Below, piece after piece: positions 41,301-57,300 of a DNA stretch of 64,000 nt. This DNA is from Auanema rhodensis (Eukaryota > Animalia > Nematoda). The translations under genes were made by a program, and so were the position numbers. Under the pieces are notes generated by a model. That model saw only the letters and a list, made by a program, of their open reading frames with translations. It was not told where the DNA came from and ran no database searches. Positions within the stretch are counted from its first letter, which is position 1. Each line of letters begins with the position of its first letter. The stretch spans positions 15,252,001 to 15,316,000 of the forward strand of contig OZ059900.1 of assembly GCA_964057225.1 (NCBI GenBank). The letters are read 5' to 3'.

Positions 41301-44230
41301 CACTTTCACGACAAAAAAACAGGGGTTAGAAAATTTAGGAAATTAGCATATTCTGAGGGCACGCCCCTTATGGCTAATATTGATTAAATCGATTTTTGTT
41401 CATATGAGTCGTCAAATGCAACGAATTTCAGCGTGTTACATACTAAAATGAAGTATTTCACATGCTGAACACTAGAAAAATACAAAAACACAGTATTTCC
41501 CATGAGAAATATTTTATTATGCTGGAAAACCAGTTTTTGGAAATTTCGCTGTAAACAAGGTTTTGACTTACGATTTCATGTGTTCAAACTCATGCAATGT
41601 CAATGAAACCTAGCTCAAAATTGTTCCTACAACGTCTAATTCCACTTTCACGACAAAAAAACAGGGGTTAGAAAATTAAGGAAATTAGCACATTCTGAGG
41701 GCACGCCCCTTATGGCTAATATTGATTAAATCGATTTTTGTTCATATGAGTCGTCAAATGCAACGAATTTCAGCGTGTTACATACTAAAATGAAGTATTT
41801 TACATGCTGAACACTAGAAAAATACAAAAACACAGTATTTCCCATGAGAAATATTTTATTATGCTGGAAAACCAGTTTTTGGAAATTTCGCTGTAAACAA
41901 GGTTTTGACTTACGATTTCATGTGTTCAAACTCATGCAATGTCAATGAAACCTAGCTCAAAATTGTTCCTACAACGTCTAGTTCCACTTTCACGACAAAA
42001 AACAGGGGTTAGAAAATTAAGGAAATTAGCATATTCTGAGGGCACGCCTCTATGGCTTATATTGATTAAATCGATTTTTGTTCATATGATTCGTCAAATG
42101 CATTGAATTTCAGCGTGTTACATACTAAAATGAAATGTTTTACATGCTGAACACTAGAAAAATACAAAAACACAGTATTTCCCATGAGAAATATTTTATT
42201 ATGCTGGAAAACCAGTTTTTGGAAATTTCGCTGTAAACAAGGTTTTGACTTACGATTTCATGTGTTCAAACTCATGCAATGTCAATGAAACCTAGCTCAA
42301 AATTGTTCCTACAACGTCTAGTTCCACTTTCACGACAAAAAACAGGGGTTAGAAAATTAAGGAAATTAGCATATTCTGAGGGCACGCCCCTTATGGCTAA
42401 TATTGATTAAATCGATTTTTGTTCATATGAGTCGTCAAATGCAACGAATTTCAGCGTGTTACATACTAAAATGAAGCATTTTACATGCTGAACACTAGAA
42501 AAATACAAAAACACAGTATTTCCCATGAGAAATATTTTATTATGCTGGAAAACCAGTTTTTGGAAATTTCGCTGTAAACAAGGTTTTGACTTACGATTTC
42601 ATGTGTTCAAACTCATGCAATGTCAATGAAACCTAGCTCAAAATTGTTCCTACAACGTCTAATTCCACTTTCACGACAAAAAACAGGGGTTAGAAAATTA
42701 AGGAAATTAGCATATTCTGAGGGCACGCCCCTTATGGCTAATATTGATTAAATCGATTTTTGTTCATATGAGTCGTCAAATGCAACGAATTTCAGCGTGT
42801 TACATACTAAAATGAAGCATTTTACATGCTGAACACTATAAAAATACAAAAACACAGTATTTCCCATGAGAAATATTTTATTATGCTGGAAAACCAGTTT
42901 TTGGAAATTTCGCTGTAAACAAGGTTTTGACTTACGATTTCATGTGTTCAAACTCATGCAATGTCAATGAAACCTAGCTCAAAATTGTTCCTACAACGTC
43001 TAATTCCACTTTCACGACAAAAAAACAGGGGTTAGAAAATTAAGGAAATTAGCATATTCTGAGGGCACGCCCCTTATGGCTAATATTGATTAAATCGATT
43101 TTTGTTCATATGAGTCGTCAAATGCAACGAATTTTAGCGTATTACATACTAAAATGAAGCATTTTACATGCTGAACACTAGAAAAATACAAAAACACAGT
43201 ATTTCCCATGAGAAATATTTTATTATGCTGGAAAACCAGTTTTTGGAAATTTCGCTGTAAACAAGGTTTTGACTTACGATTTCATGTGTTCAAACTCATG
43301 CAATGTCAATGAAACCTAGCTCAAAATTGTTCGTACAACGTCTAGTTCCACTTTCACGACAAAAAAACAGGGGTTAGAAAATTAAGGAAATTAGCATATT
43401 CTGAGGGCACGCCCCTTATGGCTAATATTGATTAAATCGATTTTTGTTCATATGAGTCGTCAAATGCAACGAATTTCAGCGTGTTACATACTAAAATGAA
43501 GCATTTTACATGCTGAACACTAGAAAAATACAAAAACACAGTATTTCCCATGAGAAATATTTTATTATGCTGGAAAACCAGTTTTTGGAAATTTCGCTGT
43601 AAACAAGGTTTTGACTTACGATTTCATGTGTTCAAACTCATGCAATGTCAATGAAACCTAGCTCAAAATTGTTCGTACAACGTCTAGTTCCACTTTCACG
43701 ACAAAAAAACAGGGGTTAGAAAATTAAGGAAATTAGCATATTCTGAGGGCACGCCCCTTATGGCTAATATTGATTAAATCGATTTTTGTTCATATGAGTC
43801 GTCAAATGCAACGAATTTTAGCGTGTTACATACTAAAATGAAGCATTTCACATGCTGAACACTAGAAAAATACAAAAACACAGTATTTCCCATGAGAAAT
43901 ATTTTATTATGCTGGAAAACCAGTTTTTGGAAATTTCGCTGTAAACAAGGTTTTGACTTACGATTTCATGTGTTCAAACTCATGCAATGTCAATGAAACC
44001 TTGCTCAAAATTGTTCCTACAACGTCTAGTTCCACTTTCACGACAAAAAAACAGGGGTTAGAAAATTAAGGAAATTAGCATATTCTGAGGGCACGCCCCT
44101 TATGGCTAATATTGATTAAATCGATTTTTGTTCATATGAGTCGTCAAATGCAACAAATTTCAGCGTGTTACATACTAAAATGAAGCATTTTACATGCTGA
44201 ACACTAGAAAAATACAAAAACACAGTTTTT
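38397..44230. repeat. Higher-order repeat: 9-mer (~3076 bp) x~1.9
   Basis: AGCACATT at 38615/41691. The diverged monomer type starts at 38739/41815. Downstream marked monomers (TTTTAGCG, CCTTG+CAACAA) follow in the same order in both copies. Confidence 0.8.
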
Positions 44231-47200
44231 CCCATGAGAAATATTTTATTATGCTGGAAAACCAGTTTTTGGAAATTTCGCTGTAAACAAGGATTTGACT
44301 TACGATTTCATGAGTTCAAACTCATGCAATGTCAATGAAACCTAGCTCAAAATTGTTCGTACAACGTCTAGTTCCACTTTCACGACAAAAAAACAGGGGT
44401 TAGAAAATTAAGGAAATTAGCATATTCTGAGGGCACGCCCCTTATGGCTAATATTGATTAAATCGATTTTTGTTCATATGAGTCGTCAAATGCAACGAAT
44501 TTCAGCGTGTTACATACTAAACTGAAGCATTTTACATGCTGAACACTAGAAAAATACAAAAACACAGTTTTTCCCATGAGAAATATTTTATTATGCTGGA
44601 AAACCAGTTTTTGGAAATTTCGCTGTAAACAAGGTTTTGACTTACGATTTCATGTGTTCAAACTCATGCAATGTCAATGAAACCTAGCTCAAAACTGTTC
44701 GTACAACGTCTAGTTCCACTTTCACGACAAAAAAACAGGGGTTAGAAAATTAAGGAAATTAGCATATTCTGAGGGCACGCCCCTTATGGCTAATATTGAT
44801 TAAATCGATTTTTGTTCATATGAGTCGTCAAATGCAACGAATTTCAGCGTGTTACATACTAAAATGAAGTATTTTACATGCTGAACACTAGAGAAATACA
44901 AAAACACAGTATTTCCCATAAGAAATATTTTATTATGCTGGAAAACCAGTTTTTGGAAATTTCGCTGTAAACAAGATTTTGACTTACGATTTCATGTGTT
45001 CAAACTCATGCAATGTCAATGAAACCTAGCTCAAAATTGTTCGTACAACGTGTAGTTCCACTTTCACGACAAAAAAACAGGGGTTAGAAAATTAAGGAAA
45101 TTAGCATATTCTGAGGGCACGCCCCTTATGGCTAATATTGATTAAATCGATTTTTGTTCATATGAGTAGTCAAATGCAACGAATTTCAGCGTGTTACATA
45201 CTTAAATGAAGCATTTTACATGCTGAACACTAGAAAAATACAAAAACACAGTATTTCCCATGAGAAATATTTTATTATGCTGGAAAACCAGTTTTTGGAA
45301 ATTTCGCTGTAAACAAGGTTTTGACTTACGATTTCATGTGTTCAAACTCATGCAATGTCAATGAAACCTTGCTCAAAATTGTTCCTACAACGTCTAGTTC
45401 CACTTTCACGACAAAAAAACAGGGGTTAGAAAATTAAGGAAATTAGCATATTCTGAGGGCACGCCCCTTATGGCTAATATTGATTAAATCGATTTTTGTT
45501 CATATGAGTCGTCAAATGAAACGAATTTCAGGGTGTTACATACTAAAATGAAGCATTTTACATGCTGAACACTATAAAAATACAAAAACACAGTATTTCC
45601 CATGAGAAATATTTTATTATGCTGGAAAACCAGTTTTTGGAAAGTTCGCTGTAAACAAGGTTTTGACTTACGATTTCATGTGTTCAAACTCATGCAATGT
45701 CAATGAAACCTTGCTCAAAATTGTTCCTACAACGTCTAGTTCCACTTTCACGACAAAAAAACAGGGGTTAGAAAATTAAGGAAATTAGCATATTCTGAGG
45801 GCACGCCCCTTATGGCTAATATTGATTAAATCGATTTTTGTTCATATGAGTCGTCAAATGAAACGAATTTCAGGGTGTTACATACTAAAATGAAGCATTT
45901 TACATGCTGAACACTATAAAAATACAAAAACACAGTTTTTCCCATGAGAAATATTTTATTATGCTGGAAAACCAGTTTTTGGAAATTTCGCTGTAAACAA
46001 GATTTTGACTTACGATTTCATGTGTTCAAACTCATGCAATGTCAATGAAACCTAGCTCAAAATTGTTCGTACAACGTCTAGTTCCACTTTCACGACAAAA
46101 AAACAGGGGTTAGAAAATTAAGGAAATTAGCATATTCTGAGGGCACGCCCCTTATGGCTAATATTGATTAAATCGATTTTTGTTCATATGAGTCGTCAAA
46201 TGCAACGAATTTCAGCGTGTTACATACTAAAATGAAGCATTTTACATGCTGAACACTATAAAAATACAAAAACACAGTATTTCCCATGAGAAATATTTTA
46301 TTATGCTGGAAAACCAGTTTTTGGAAATTTCGCTGTAAACAAGGTTTTGACTTACGATTTCATGTGTTCAAACTCATGCAATGTCAATGAAACCTAGCTC
46401 AAAATTGTTCCTACAACGTCTAATTCCACTTTCACGACAAAAAAACAGGGGTTAGAAAATTAAGGAAATTAGCATATTCTGAGGGCACGCCCCTTATGGC
46501 TAATATTGATTAAATCGATTTTTGTTCATATGAGTCGTCAAATGCAACGAATTTCAGCGTGTTACATACTAAAATGGAGCATTTTACATGCTGAACACTA
46601 GAAAAATACAAAAACACAGTATTTCCCATGAGAAATATTTTATTATGCTGGAAAACCAGTTTTTGGAAATTTCGCTGTAAACAAGGTTTTGACTTACGAT
46701 TTCATGTGTTCAAACTCATGCAATGTCAATGAAACCTTGCTCAAAATTGTTCCTACAACGTCTAGTTCCACTTTCACGACAAAAAAACAGGGGTTAGAAA
46801 ATTAAGGAAATTAGCATATTCTGAGGGCACGCCCCTTATGGCTAATATTGATTAAATCGATTTTTGTTCATATGAGTCGTCAAATGAAACGAATTTCAGG
46901 GTGTTACATACTAAAATGAAGCATTTAAATGCTGAACACTATAAAAATACAAAAACACAGTATTTCCCATGAGAAATATTTTATTATGCTGGAAAACCAG
47001 TTTTTGGAAAGTTCGCTGTAAACAAGGTTTTGACTTACGATTTCATGTGTTCAAACTCATGCAATGTCAATGAAACCTTGCTCAAAATTGTTCCTACAAC
47101 GTCTAGTTCCACTTTCACGACAAAAAAACAGGGGTTAGAAAATTAAGGAAATTAGCATATTCTGAGGGCACGCCCCTTATGGCTAATATTGATTAAATCG

Positions 47201-50200
47201 ATTTTTGTTCATATGAGTCGTCAAATGAAACGAATTTCAGGGTGTTACATACTAAAATGAAGCATTTTACATGCTGAACACTATAAAAATACAAAAACTT
47301 AGTATTTCCCATGAGAAATATTTTATTATGCTGGAAAACCAGTTTTTGGAAAGTTCGCTGTAAACAAGGTTTTGACTTACGATTTCATGTGTTCAAACTC
47401 ATGCAATGTCAATGAAACCTAGCTCAAAATTGTTCCTACAACGTCTTATTCCACTTTCACGACAAAAAAACAGGGGTTAGAAAATTAAGGAAATTAGCAT
47501 ATTCTGAGGGCACGCCCCTTATGGCTAATATTGATTAAATCGATTTTTGTTCATATGAGTCGTCAAATGCAACGAATTTCAGCGTGTTACATACTTAAAT
47601 GAAGTATTTTACATGCTGAACACTAGAAAAATACAAAAACACAGTATTTCCCATGAGAAATATTTTATTATGCTGGAAAACCAGTTTTTGGAAATTTCGC
47701 TGTAAACAAGGTTTTGACTTACGATTTCATGTGTTCAAACTCATGCAATGTCAATGAAACCTAGCTCAAAATTGTTCCTACAACGTCTAGTTCCACTTTC
47801 ACGACAAAAAACAGGGGTTAGAAAATTAAGGAAATTAGCATATTCTGAGGGCACGCCCCTTATGGCTTATATTGATTAAATCGATTTTTGTTCATATGAG
47901 TCGTCAAATGCAACGAATTTCAGCGTGTTACATACTAAAATGGAGTATTTTACATGCTGAACACTAGAAAAATACAAAAACACAGTATTTCCCATGAGAA
48001 ATATTTTATTATGCTGGAAAACCAGTTTTTGGAAATTTCGCTGTAAACAAGGTTTTGACTTACGATTTCATGTGTTCGAACTCATGCAATGTCAATGAAA
48101 CCTAGCTCAAAATTGTTCCTACAACGTCTAGTTCCACTTTCACGACAAAAAACAGGGGTTAGAAAATTAAGGAAATTAGCATATTCTGAGGGCACGCCCC
48201 TTATGGCTAATATTGATTAAATCGATTTTTGTTCATATGAGTCGTCAAATGCAACGAATTTCAGCGTGTTACATACTAAAATGAAGCATTTTACATGCTG
48301 AACACTAGAAAAATACAAAAACACAGTATTTCCCATGAGAAATATTTTATTATGCTGGAAAACCAGTTTTTGGAAATTTCGCTGTAAACAAGGTTTTGAC
48401 TTACGATTTCATGTGTTCAAACTCATGCAATGTCAATGAAACCTAGCTCAAAATTGTTCCTACAACGTCTAATTCCACTTTCACGACAAAAAAACAGGGG
48501 TTAGAAAATTAAGGAAATTAGCATATTCTGAGGGCACGCCCCTTATGGCTAATATTGATTAAATCGATTTTTGTTCATATGAGTCGTCAAATGCAACGAA
48601 TTTCAGCGTGTTACATACTAAAATGAAGCATTTTACATGCTGAACACTATAAAAATACAAAAACACAGTATTTCCCATGAGAAATATTTTATTATGCTGG
48701 AAAACCAGTTTTTGGAAATTTCGCTGTAAACAAGGTTTTGACTTACGATTTCATGTGTTCAAACTCATGCAATGTCAATGAAACCTAGCTCAAAATTGTT
48801 CCTACAACGTCTAATTCCACTTTCACGACAAAAAAACAGGGGTTAGAAAATTAAGGAAATTAGCATATTCTGAGGGCACGCCCCTTATGGCTAATATTGA
48901 TTAAATCGATTTTTGTTCATATGAGTCGTCAAATGCAACGAATTTCAGCGTGTTACATACTAAAATGGAGCATTTTACATGCTGAACACTAGAAAAATAC
49001 AAAAACACAGTATTTCCCATGAGAAATATTTTATTATGCTGGAAAACCAGTTTTTGGAAATTTCGCTGTAAACAAGGTTTTGACTTACGATTTCATGTGT
49101 TCAAACTCATGCAATGTCAATGAAACCTAGCTCAAAATTGTTCGTACAACGTCTAGTTCCACTTTCACGACAAAAAAACAGGGGTTAGAAAATTAAGGAA
49201 ATTAGCATATTCTGAGGGCACGCCCCTTATGGCTAATATTGATTAAATCGATTTTTGTTCATATGAGTCGTCAAATGCAACAAATTTCAGCGTGTTACAT
49301 ACTAAAATGAAGCATTTTACAAGCTGAACACTAGAAAAATACAAAAACACAGTTTTTCCCATGAGAAATATTTTATTATGCTGGAAAACCAGTTTTTGGA
49401 AATTTCGCTGTAAACAAGGTTTTGACTTACGATTTCATGTGTTCAAACTCATGCAATGTCAATGAAACCTAGCTCAAAATTGTTCGTACAATGTCTAGTT
49501 CCACTTTCACGACAAAAAAACAGGGGTTAGAAAATTTAGGAAATTAGCATATTCTGAGGGCACGCCCCTTATGGCTAATATTGATTAAATCGATTTTGGT
49601 TCATATGAGTCGTCAAATGCAACGAATTTCAGCGTGTTACATACTAAAATGAAGCATTTTACATGCTGAACACTAGAAAAATACAAAAACACAGTTTTAC
49701 CCATGAGAAATATTTTATTATGCTGGAAAACCAGTTTTTGGAAATTTCGCTGTAAACAAGGTTTTGACTTACGATTTCATGTGTTCAAACTCATGCAATG
49801 TCAATGAAACCTAGCTCAAAATTGTTCGTACAACGTCTAGTTCCACTTTCACGACAAAAAAACAGGGGTTAGAAAATTTAGGAAATTAGCATATTCTGAG
49901 GGCACGCCCCTTATGGCTAATATTGATTAAATCGATTTTTGTTCATATGAGTCGTCAAATGCAACGAATTTCAGCGTGTTACATACTAAAATGAAGTATT
50001 TCACATGCTGAACACTAGAAAAATACAAAAACACAGTATTTCCCATAAGAAATATTTTATTATGCTGGAAAACCAGTTTTTGGAAATTTCGCTGTAAACA
50101 AGATTTTGACTTACGATTTCATGTGTTCAAACTCATGCAATGTCAATGAAACCTAGCTCAAAATTGTTCGTACAACGTCTAGTTCCACTTTCACGACAAA

Positions 50201-51381
50201 AAAACAGGGGTTAGAAAATTAAGGAAATTAGCATATTCTGAGGGCACGCCCCTTATGGCTAATATTGATTAAATCGATTTTTGTTCATATGAGTAGTCAA
50301 ATGCAACGAATTTCAGCGTGTTACAAACTAAAATGAAGTATTTTACATGCTGAACACTAGAAAAATACAAAAACACAGTATTTCCCATGAGAAATATTTT
50401 ATTATGCTGGAAAACCAGTTTTTGGAAATTTCGCTGTAAACAAGGTTATGACTTACGATTTCATGTGTTCAAACTCATGCAATGTCAATGAAACCTAGCT
50501 CAAAATTGTTCGTACAACGTCTAGTTCCACTTTCACGACAAAAAAACAGGGGTTAGAAAATTTAGGAAATTAGCATATTCTGAGGGCACGCCCCTTATGG
50601 CTAATATTGATTAAATCGATTTTTGTTCATATGAGTCGTCAAATGCAACGAATTTCAGCGTGTTACATACTAAAATGAAGTATTTTACATGCTGAACACT
50701 AGAAAAGTACAAAAACACAGTATTTCCCATGAGAAATATTTTATTATGCTGGAAAACCAGTTTTTGGAAATTTCGCTGTAAACAAGGTTTTGACTTACGA
50801 TTTCATGTGTTCAAACTCATGCAATGTCAATGAAACCTAGCTCAAAATTGTTCCTACAACGTCTAGTTCCACTTTCACGACAAAAAACAGGGGTTAGAAA
50901 ATTAAGGAAATTAGCATATTCTGAGGGCACGCCCCTTATGGCTAATATTGATTAAATCGATTTTTGTTCATATGAGTCGTCAAATGCAACGAATTTCAGC
51001 GTGTTACATACTAAAATGAAGCATTTTACATGCTGAACACTAGAAAAATACAAAAACACAGTATTTCCCATGAGAAATATTTTATTATGCTGGAAAACCA
51101 GTTTTTGGAAATTTCGCTGTAAACAAGGTTTTGACTTACGATTTCATGTGTTCGAACTCATGCAATGTCAATGAAACCTAGCTCAAAATTGTTCCTACAA
51201 CGTCTAGTTCCACTTTCACGACAAAAAACAGGGGTTAGAAAATTAAGGAAATTAGCATATTCTGAGGGCACGCCCCTTATGGCTAATATTGATTAAATCG
51301 ATTTTTGTTCATATGAGTCGTCAAATGCAACGAATTTCAGCGTGTTACATACTAAAATGAAGCATTTTACATGCTGAACAC

Positions 51382-54300
51382 TAGAAAAATACAAAAACAC
51401 AGTATTTCCCATGAGAAATATTTTATTATGCTGGAAAACCAGTTTTTGGAAATTTCGCTGTAAACAAGGTTTTGACTTACGATTTCATGTGTTCAAACTC
51501 ATGCAATGTCAATGAAACCTAGCTCAAAATTGTTCCTACAACGTCTAATTCCACTTTCACGACAAAAAAACAGGGGTTAGAAAATTAAGGAAATTAGCAT
51601 ATTCTGAGGGCACGCCCCTTATGGCTAATATTGATTAAATCGATTTTTGTTCATATGAGTCGTCAAATGCAACGAATTTCAGCGTGTTACATACTAAAAT
51701 GAAGCATTTTACATGCTGAACACTATAAAAATACAAAAACACAGTATTTCCCATGAGAAATATTTTATTATGCTGGAAAACCAGTTTTTGGAAATTTCGC
51801 TGTAAACAAGGTTTTGACTTACGATTTCATGTGTTCAAACTCATGCAATGTCAATGAAACCTAGCTCAAAATTGTTCCTACAACGTCTAATTCCACTTTC
51901 ACGACAAAAAAACAGGGGTTAGAAAATTAAGGAAATTAGCATATTCTGAGGGCACGCCCCTTATGGCTAATATTGATTAAATCGATTTTTGTTCATATGA
52001 GTCGTCAAATGCAACGAATTTCAGCGTGTTACATACTAAAATGGAGCATTTTACATGCTGAACACTAGAAAAATACAAAAACACAGTATTTCCCATGAGA
52101 AATATTTTATTATGCTGGAAAACCAGTTTTTGGAAATTTCGCTGTAAACAAGGTTTTGACTTACGATTTCATGTGTTCAAACTCATGCAATGTCAATGAA
52201 ACCTAGCTCAAAATTGTTCGTACAACGTCTAGTTCCACTTTCACGACAAAAAAACAGGGGTTAGAAAATTAAGGAAATTAGCATATTCTGAGGGCACGCC
52301 CCTTATGGCTAATATTGATTAAATCGATTTTTGTTCATATGAGTCGTCAAATGCAACAAATTTCAGCGTGTTACATACTAAAATGAAGCATTTTACAAGC
52401 TGAACACTAGAAAAATACAAAAACACAGTTTTTCCCATGAGAAATATTTTATTATGCTGGAAAACCAGTTTTTGGAAATTTCGCTGTAAACAAGGTTTTG
52501 ACTTACGATTTCATGTGTTCAAACTCATGCAATGTCAATGAAACCTAGCTCAAAATTGTTCGTACAATGTCTAGTTCCACTTTCACGACAAAAAAACAGG
52601 GGTTAGAAAATTTAGGAAATTAGCATATTCTGAGGGCACGCCCCTTATGGCTAATATTGATTAAATCGATTTTGGTTCATATGAGTCGTCAAATGCAACG
52701 AATTTCAGCGTGTTACATACTAAAATGAAGCATTTTACATGCTGAACACTAGAAAAATACAAAAACACAGTTTTACCCATGAGAAATATTTTATTATGCT
52801 GGAAAACCAGTTTTTGGAAATTTCGCTGTAAACAAGGTTTTGACTTACGATTTCATGTGTTCAAACTCATGCAATGTCAATGAAACCTAGCTCAAAATTG
52901 TTCGTACAACGTCTAGTTCCACTTTCACGACAAAAAAACAGGGGTTAGAAAATTTAGGAAATTAGCATATTCTGAGGGCACGCCCCTTATGGCTAATATT
53001 GATTAAATCGATTTTTGTTCATATGAGTCGTCAAATGCAACGAATTTCAGCGTGTTACATACTAAAATGAAGTATTTCACATGCTGAACACTAGAAAAAT
53101 ACAAAAACACAGTATTTCCCATGAGAAATATTTTATTATGCTGGAAAACCAGTTTTTGGAAATTTCGCTGTAAACAAGGTTTTGACTTACGATTTCATGT
53201 GTTCAAACTCATGCAATGTCAATGAAACCTTGCTCAAAATTGTTCCTACAACGTCTAGTTCCACTTTCACGACAAAAAAACAGGGGTTAGAAAATTAAGG
53301 AAATTAGCATATTCTGAGGGCACGCCCCTTATGGCTAATATTGATTAAATCGATTTTTGTTCATATGAGTCGTCAAATGAAACGAATTTCAGGGTGTTAC
53401 ATACTAAAATGAAGCATTTTACATGCTGAACACTATAAAAATACAAAAACACAGTATTTCCCATGAGAAATATTTTATTATGCTGGAAAACCAGTTTTTG
53501 GAAAGTTCGCTGTAAACAAGGTTTTGACTTACGATTTCATGTGTTCAAACTCATGCAATGTCAATGAAACCTTGCTCAAAATTGTTCCTACAACGTCTAG
53601 TTCCACTTTCACGACAAAAAAACAGGGGTTAGAAAATTAAGGAAATTAGCATATTCTGAGGGCACGCCCCTTATGGCTAATATTGATTAAATCGATTTTT
53701 GTTCATATGAGTCGTCAAATGAAACGAATTTCAGGGTGTTACATACTAAAATGAAGCATTTTACATGCTGAACACTATAAAAATACAAAAACACAGTTTT
53801 TCCCATGAGAAATATTTTATTATGCTGGAAAACCAGTTTTTGGAAATTTCGCTGTAAACAAGATTTTGACTTACGATTTCATGTGTTCAAACTCATGCAA
53901 TGTCAATGAAACCTAGCTCAAAATTGTTCGTACAACGTCTAGTTCCACTTTCACGACAAAAAAACAGGGGTTAGAAAATTAAGGAAATTAGCATATTCTG
54001 AGGGCACGCCCCTTATGGCTAATATTGATTAAATCGATTTTTGTTCATATGAGTCGTCAAATGCAACGAATTTCAGCGTGTTACATACTAAAATGAAGCA
54101 TTTTACATGCTGAACACTAGAAAAATACAAAAACACAGTATTTCCCATGAGAAATATTTTATTATGCTGGAAAACCAGTTTTTGGAAATTTCGCTGTAAA
54201 CAAGGTTTTGACTTACGATTTCATGTGTTCAAACTCATGCAATGTCAATGAAACCTAGCTCAAAATTGTTCCTACAACGTCTAATTCCACTTTCACGACA

Positions 54301-57300
54301 AAAAAACAGGGGTTAGAAAATTAAGGAAATTAGCATATTCTGAGGGCACGCCCCTTATGGCTAATATTGATTAAATCGATTTTTGTTCATATGAGTCGTC
54401 AAATGCAACGAATTTCAGCGTGTTACATACTAAAATGAAGCATTTTACATGCTGAACACTATAAAAATACAAAAACACAGTATTTCCCATGAGAAATATT
54501 TTATTATGCTGGAAAACCAGTTTTTGGAAATTTCGCTGTAAACAAGGTTTTGACTTACGATTTCATGTGTTCAAACTCATGCAATGTCAATGAAACCTAG
54601 CTCAAAATTGTTCCTACAACGTCTAATTCCACTTTCACGACAAAAAAACAGGGGTTAGAAAATTAAGGAAATTAGCATATTCTGAGGGCACGCCCCTTAT
54701 GGCTAATATTGATTAAATCGATTTTTGTTCATATGAGTCGTCAAATGCAACGAATTTCAGCGTGTTACATACTAAAATGGAGCATTTTACATGCTGAACA
54801 CTAGAAAAATACAAAAACACAGTATTTCCCATGAGAAATATTTTATTATGCTGGAAAACCAGTTTTTGGAAATTTCGCTGTAAACAAGGTTTTGACTTAC
54901 GATTTCATGTGTTCAAACTCATGCAATGTCAATGAAACCTAGCTCAAAATTGTTCGTACAACGTCTAGTTCCACTTTCACGACAAAAAAACAGGGGTTAG
55001 AAAATTAAGGAAATTAGCATATTCTGAGGGCACGCCCCTTATGGCTAATATTGATTAAATCGATTTTTGTTCATATGAGTCGTCAAATGCAACAAATTTC
55101 AGCGTGTTACATACTAAAATGAAGCATTTTACAAGCTGAACACTAGAAAAATACAAAAACACAGTTTTTCCCATGAGAAATATTTTATTATGCTGGAAAA
55201 CCAGTTTTTGGAAATTTCGCTGTAAACAAGGTTTTGACTTACGATTTCATGTGTTCAAACTCATGCAATGTCAATGAAACCTAGCTCAAAATTGTTCGTA
55301 CAATGTCTAGTTCCACTTTCACGACAAAAAAACAGGGGTTAGAAAATTTAGGAAATTAGCATATTCTGAGGGCACGCCCCTTATGGCTAATATTGATTAA
55401 ATCGATTTTGGTTCATATGAGTCGTCAAATGCAACGAATTTCAGCGTGTTACATACTAAAATGAAGCATTTTACATGCTGAACACTAGAAAAATACAAAA
55501 ACACAGTTTTACCCATGAGAAATATTTTATTATGCTGGAAAACCAGTTTTTGGAAATTTCGCTGTAAACAAGGTTTTGACTTACGATTTCATGTGTTCAA
55601 ACTCATGCAATGTCAATGAAACCTAGCTCAAAATTGTTCGTACAACGTCTAGTTCCACTTTCACGACAAAAAAACAGGGGTTAGAAAATTTAGGAAATTA
55701 GCATATTCTGAGGGCACGCCCCTTATGGCTAATATTGATTAAATCGATTTTTGTTCATATGAGTCGTCAAATGCAACGAATTTCAGCGTGTTACATACTA
55801 AAATGAAGTATTTCACATGCTGAACACTAGAAAAATACAAAAACACAGTATTTCCCATGAGAAATATTTTATTATGCTGGAAAACCAGTTTTTGGAAATT
55901 TCGCTGTAAACAAGGTTTTGACTTACGATTTCATGTGTTCAAACTCATGCAATGTCAATGAAACCTTGCTCAAAATTGTTCCTACAACGTCTAGTTCCAC
56001 TTTCACGACAAAAAAACAGGGGTTAGAAAATTAAGGAAATTAGCATATTCTGAGGGCACGCCCCTTATGGCTAATATTGATTAAATCGATTTTTGTTCAT
56101 ATGAGTCGTCAAATGAAACGAATTTCAGGGTGTTACATACTAAAATGAAGCATTTTACATGCTGAACACTATAAAAATACAAAAACACAGTATTTCCCAT
56201 GAGAAATATTTTATTATGCTGGAAAACCAGTTTTTGGAAAGTTCGCTGTAAACAAGGTTTTGACTTACGATTTCATGTGTTCAAACTCATGCAATGTCAA
56301 TGAAACCTTGCTCAAAATTGTTCCTACAACGTCTAGTTCCACTTTCACGACAAAAAAACAGGGGTTAGAAAATTAAGGAAATTAGCATATTCTGAGGGCA
56401 CGCCCCTTATGGCTAATATTGATTAAATCGATTTTTGTTCATATGAGTCGTCAAATGAAACGAATTTCAGGGTGTTACATACTAAAATGAAGCATTTTAC
56501 ATGCTGAACACTATAAAAATACAAAAACACAGTTTTTCCCATGAGAAATATTTTATTATGCTGGAAAACCAGTTTTTGGAAATTTCGCTGTAAACAAGAT
56601 TTTGACTTACGATTTCATGTGTTCAAACTCATGCAATGTCAATGAAACCTAGCTCAAAATTGTTCGTACAACGTCTAGTTCCACTTTCACGACAAAAAAA
56701 CAGGGGTTAGAAAATTAAGGAAATTAGCATATTCTGAGGGCACGCCCCTTATGGCTAATATTGATTAAATCGATTTTTGTTCATATGAGTAGTCAAATGC
56801 AACGAATTTCAGCGTGTTACATACTTAAATGAAGCATTTTACATGCTGAACACTAGAAAAATACAAAAACACAGTATTTCCCATGAGAAATATTTTATTA
56901 TGCTGGAAAACCAGTTTTTGGAAATTTCGCTGTAAACAAGGTTTTGACTTACGATTTCATGTGTTCAAACTCATGCAATGTCAATGAAACCTAGCTCAAA
57001 ATTGTTCCTACAACGTCTAATTCCACTTTCACGACAAAAAAACAGGGGTTAGAAAATTAAGGAAATTAGCATATTCTGAGGGCACGCCCCTTATGGCTAA
57101 TATTGATTAAATCGATTTTTGTTCATATGAGTCGTCAAATGCAACGAATTTCAGCGTGTTACATACTAAAATGAAGCATTTTACATGCTGAACACTATAA
57201 AAATACAAAAACACAGTATTTCCCATGAGAAATATTTTATTATGCTGGAAAACCAGTTTTTGGAAATTTCGCTGTAAACAAGGTTTTGACTTACGATTTC

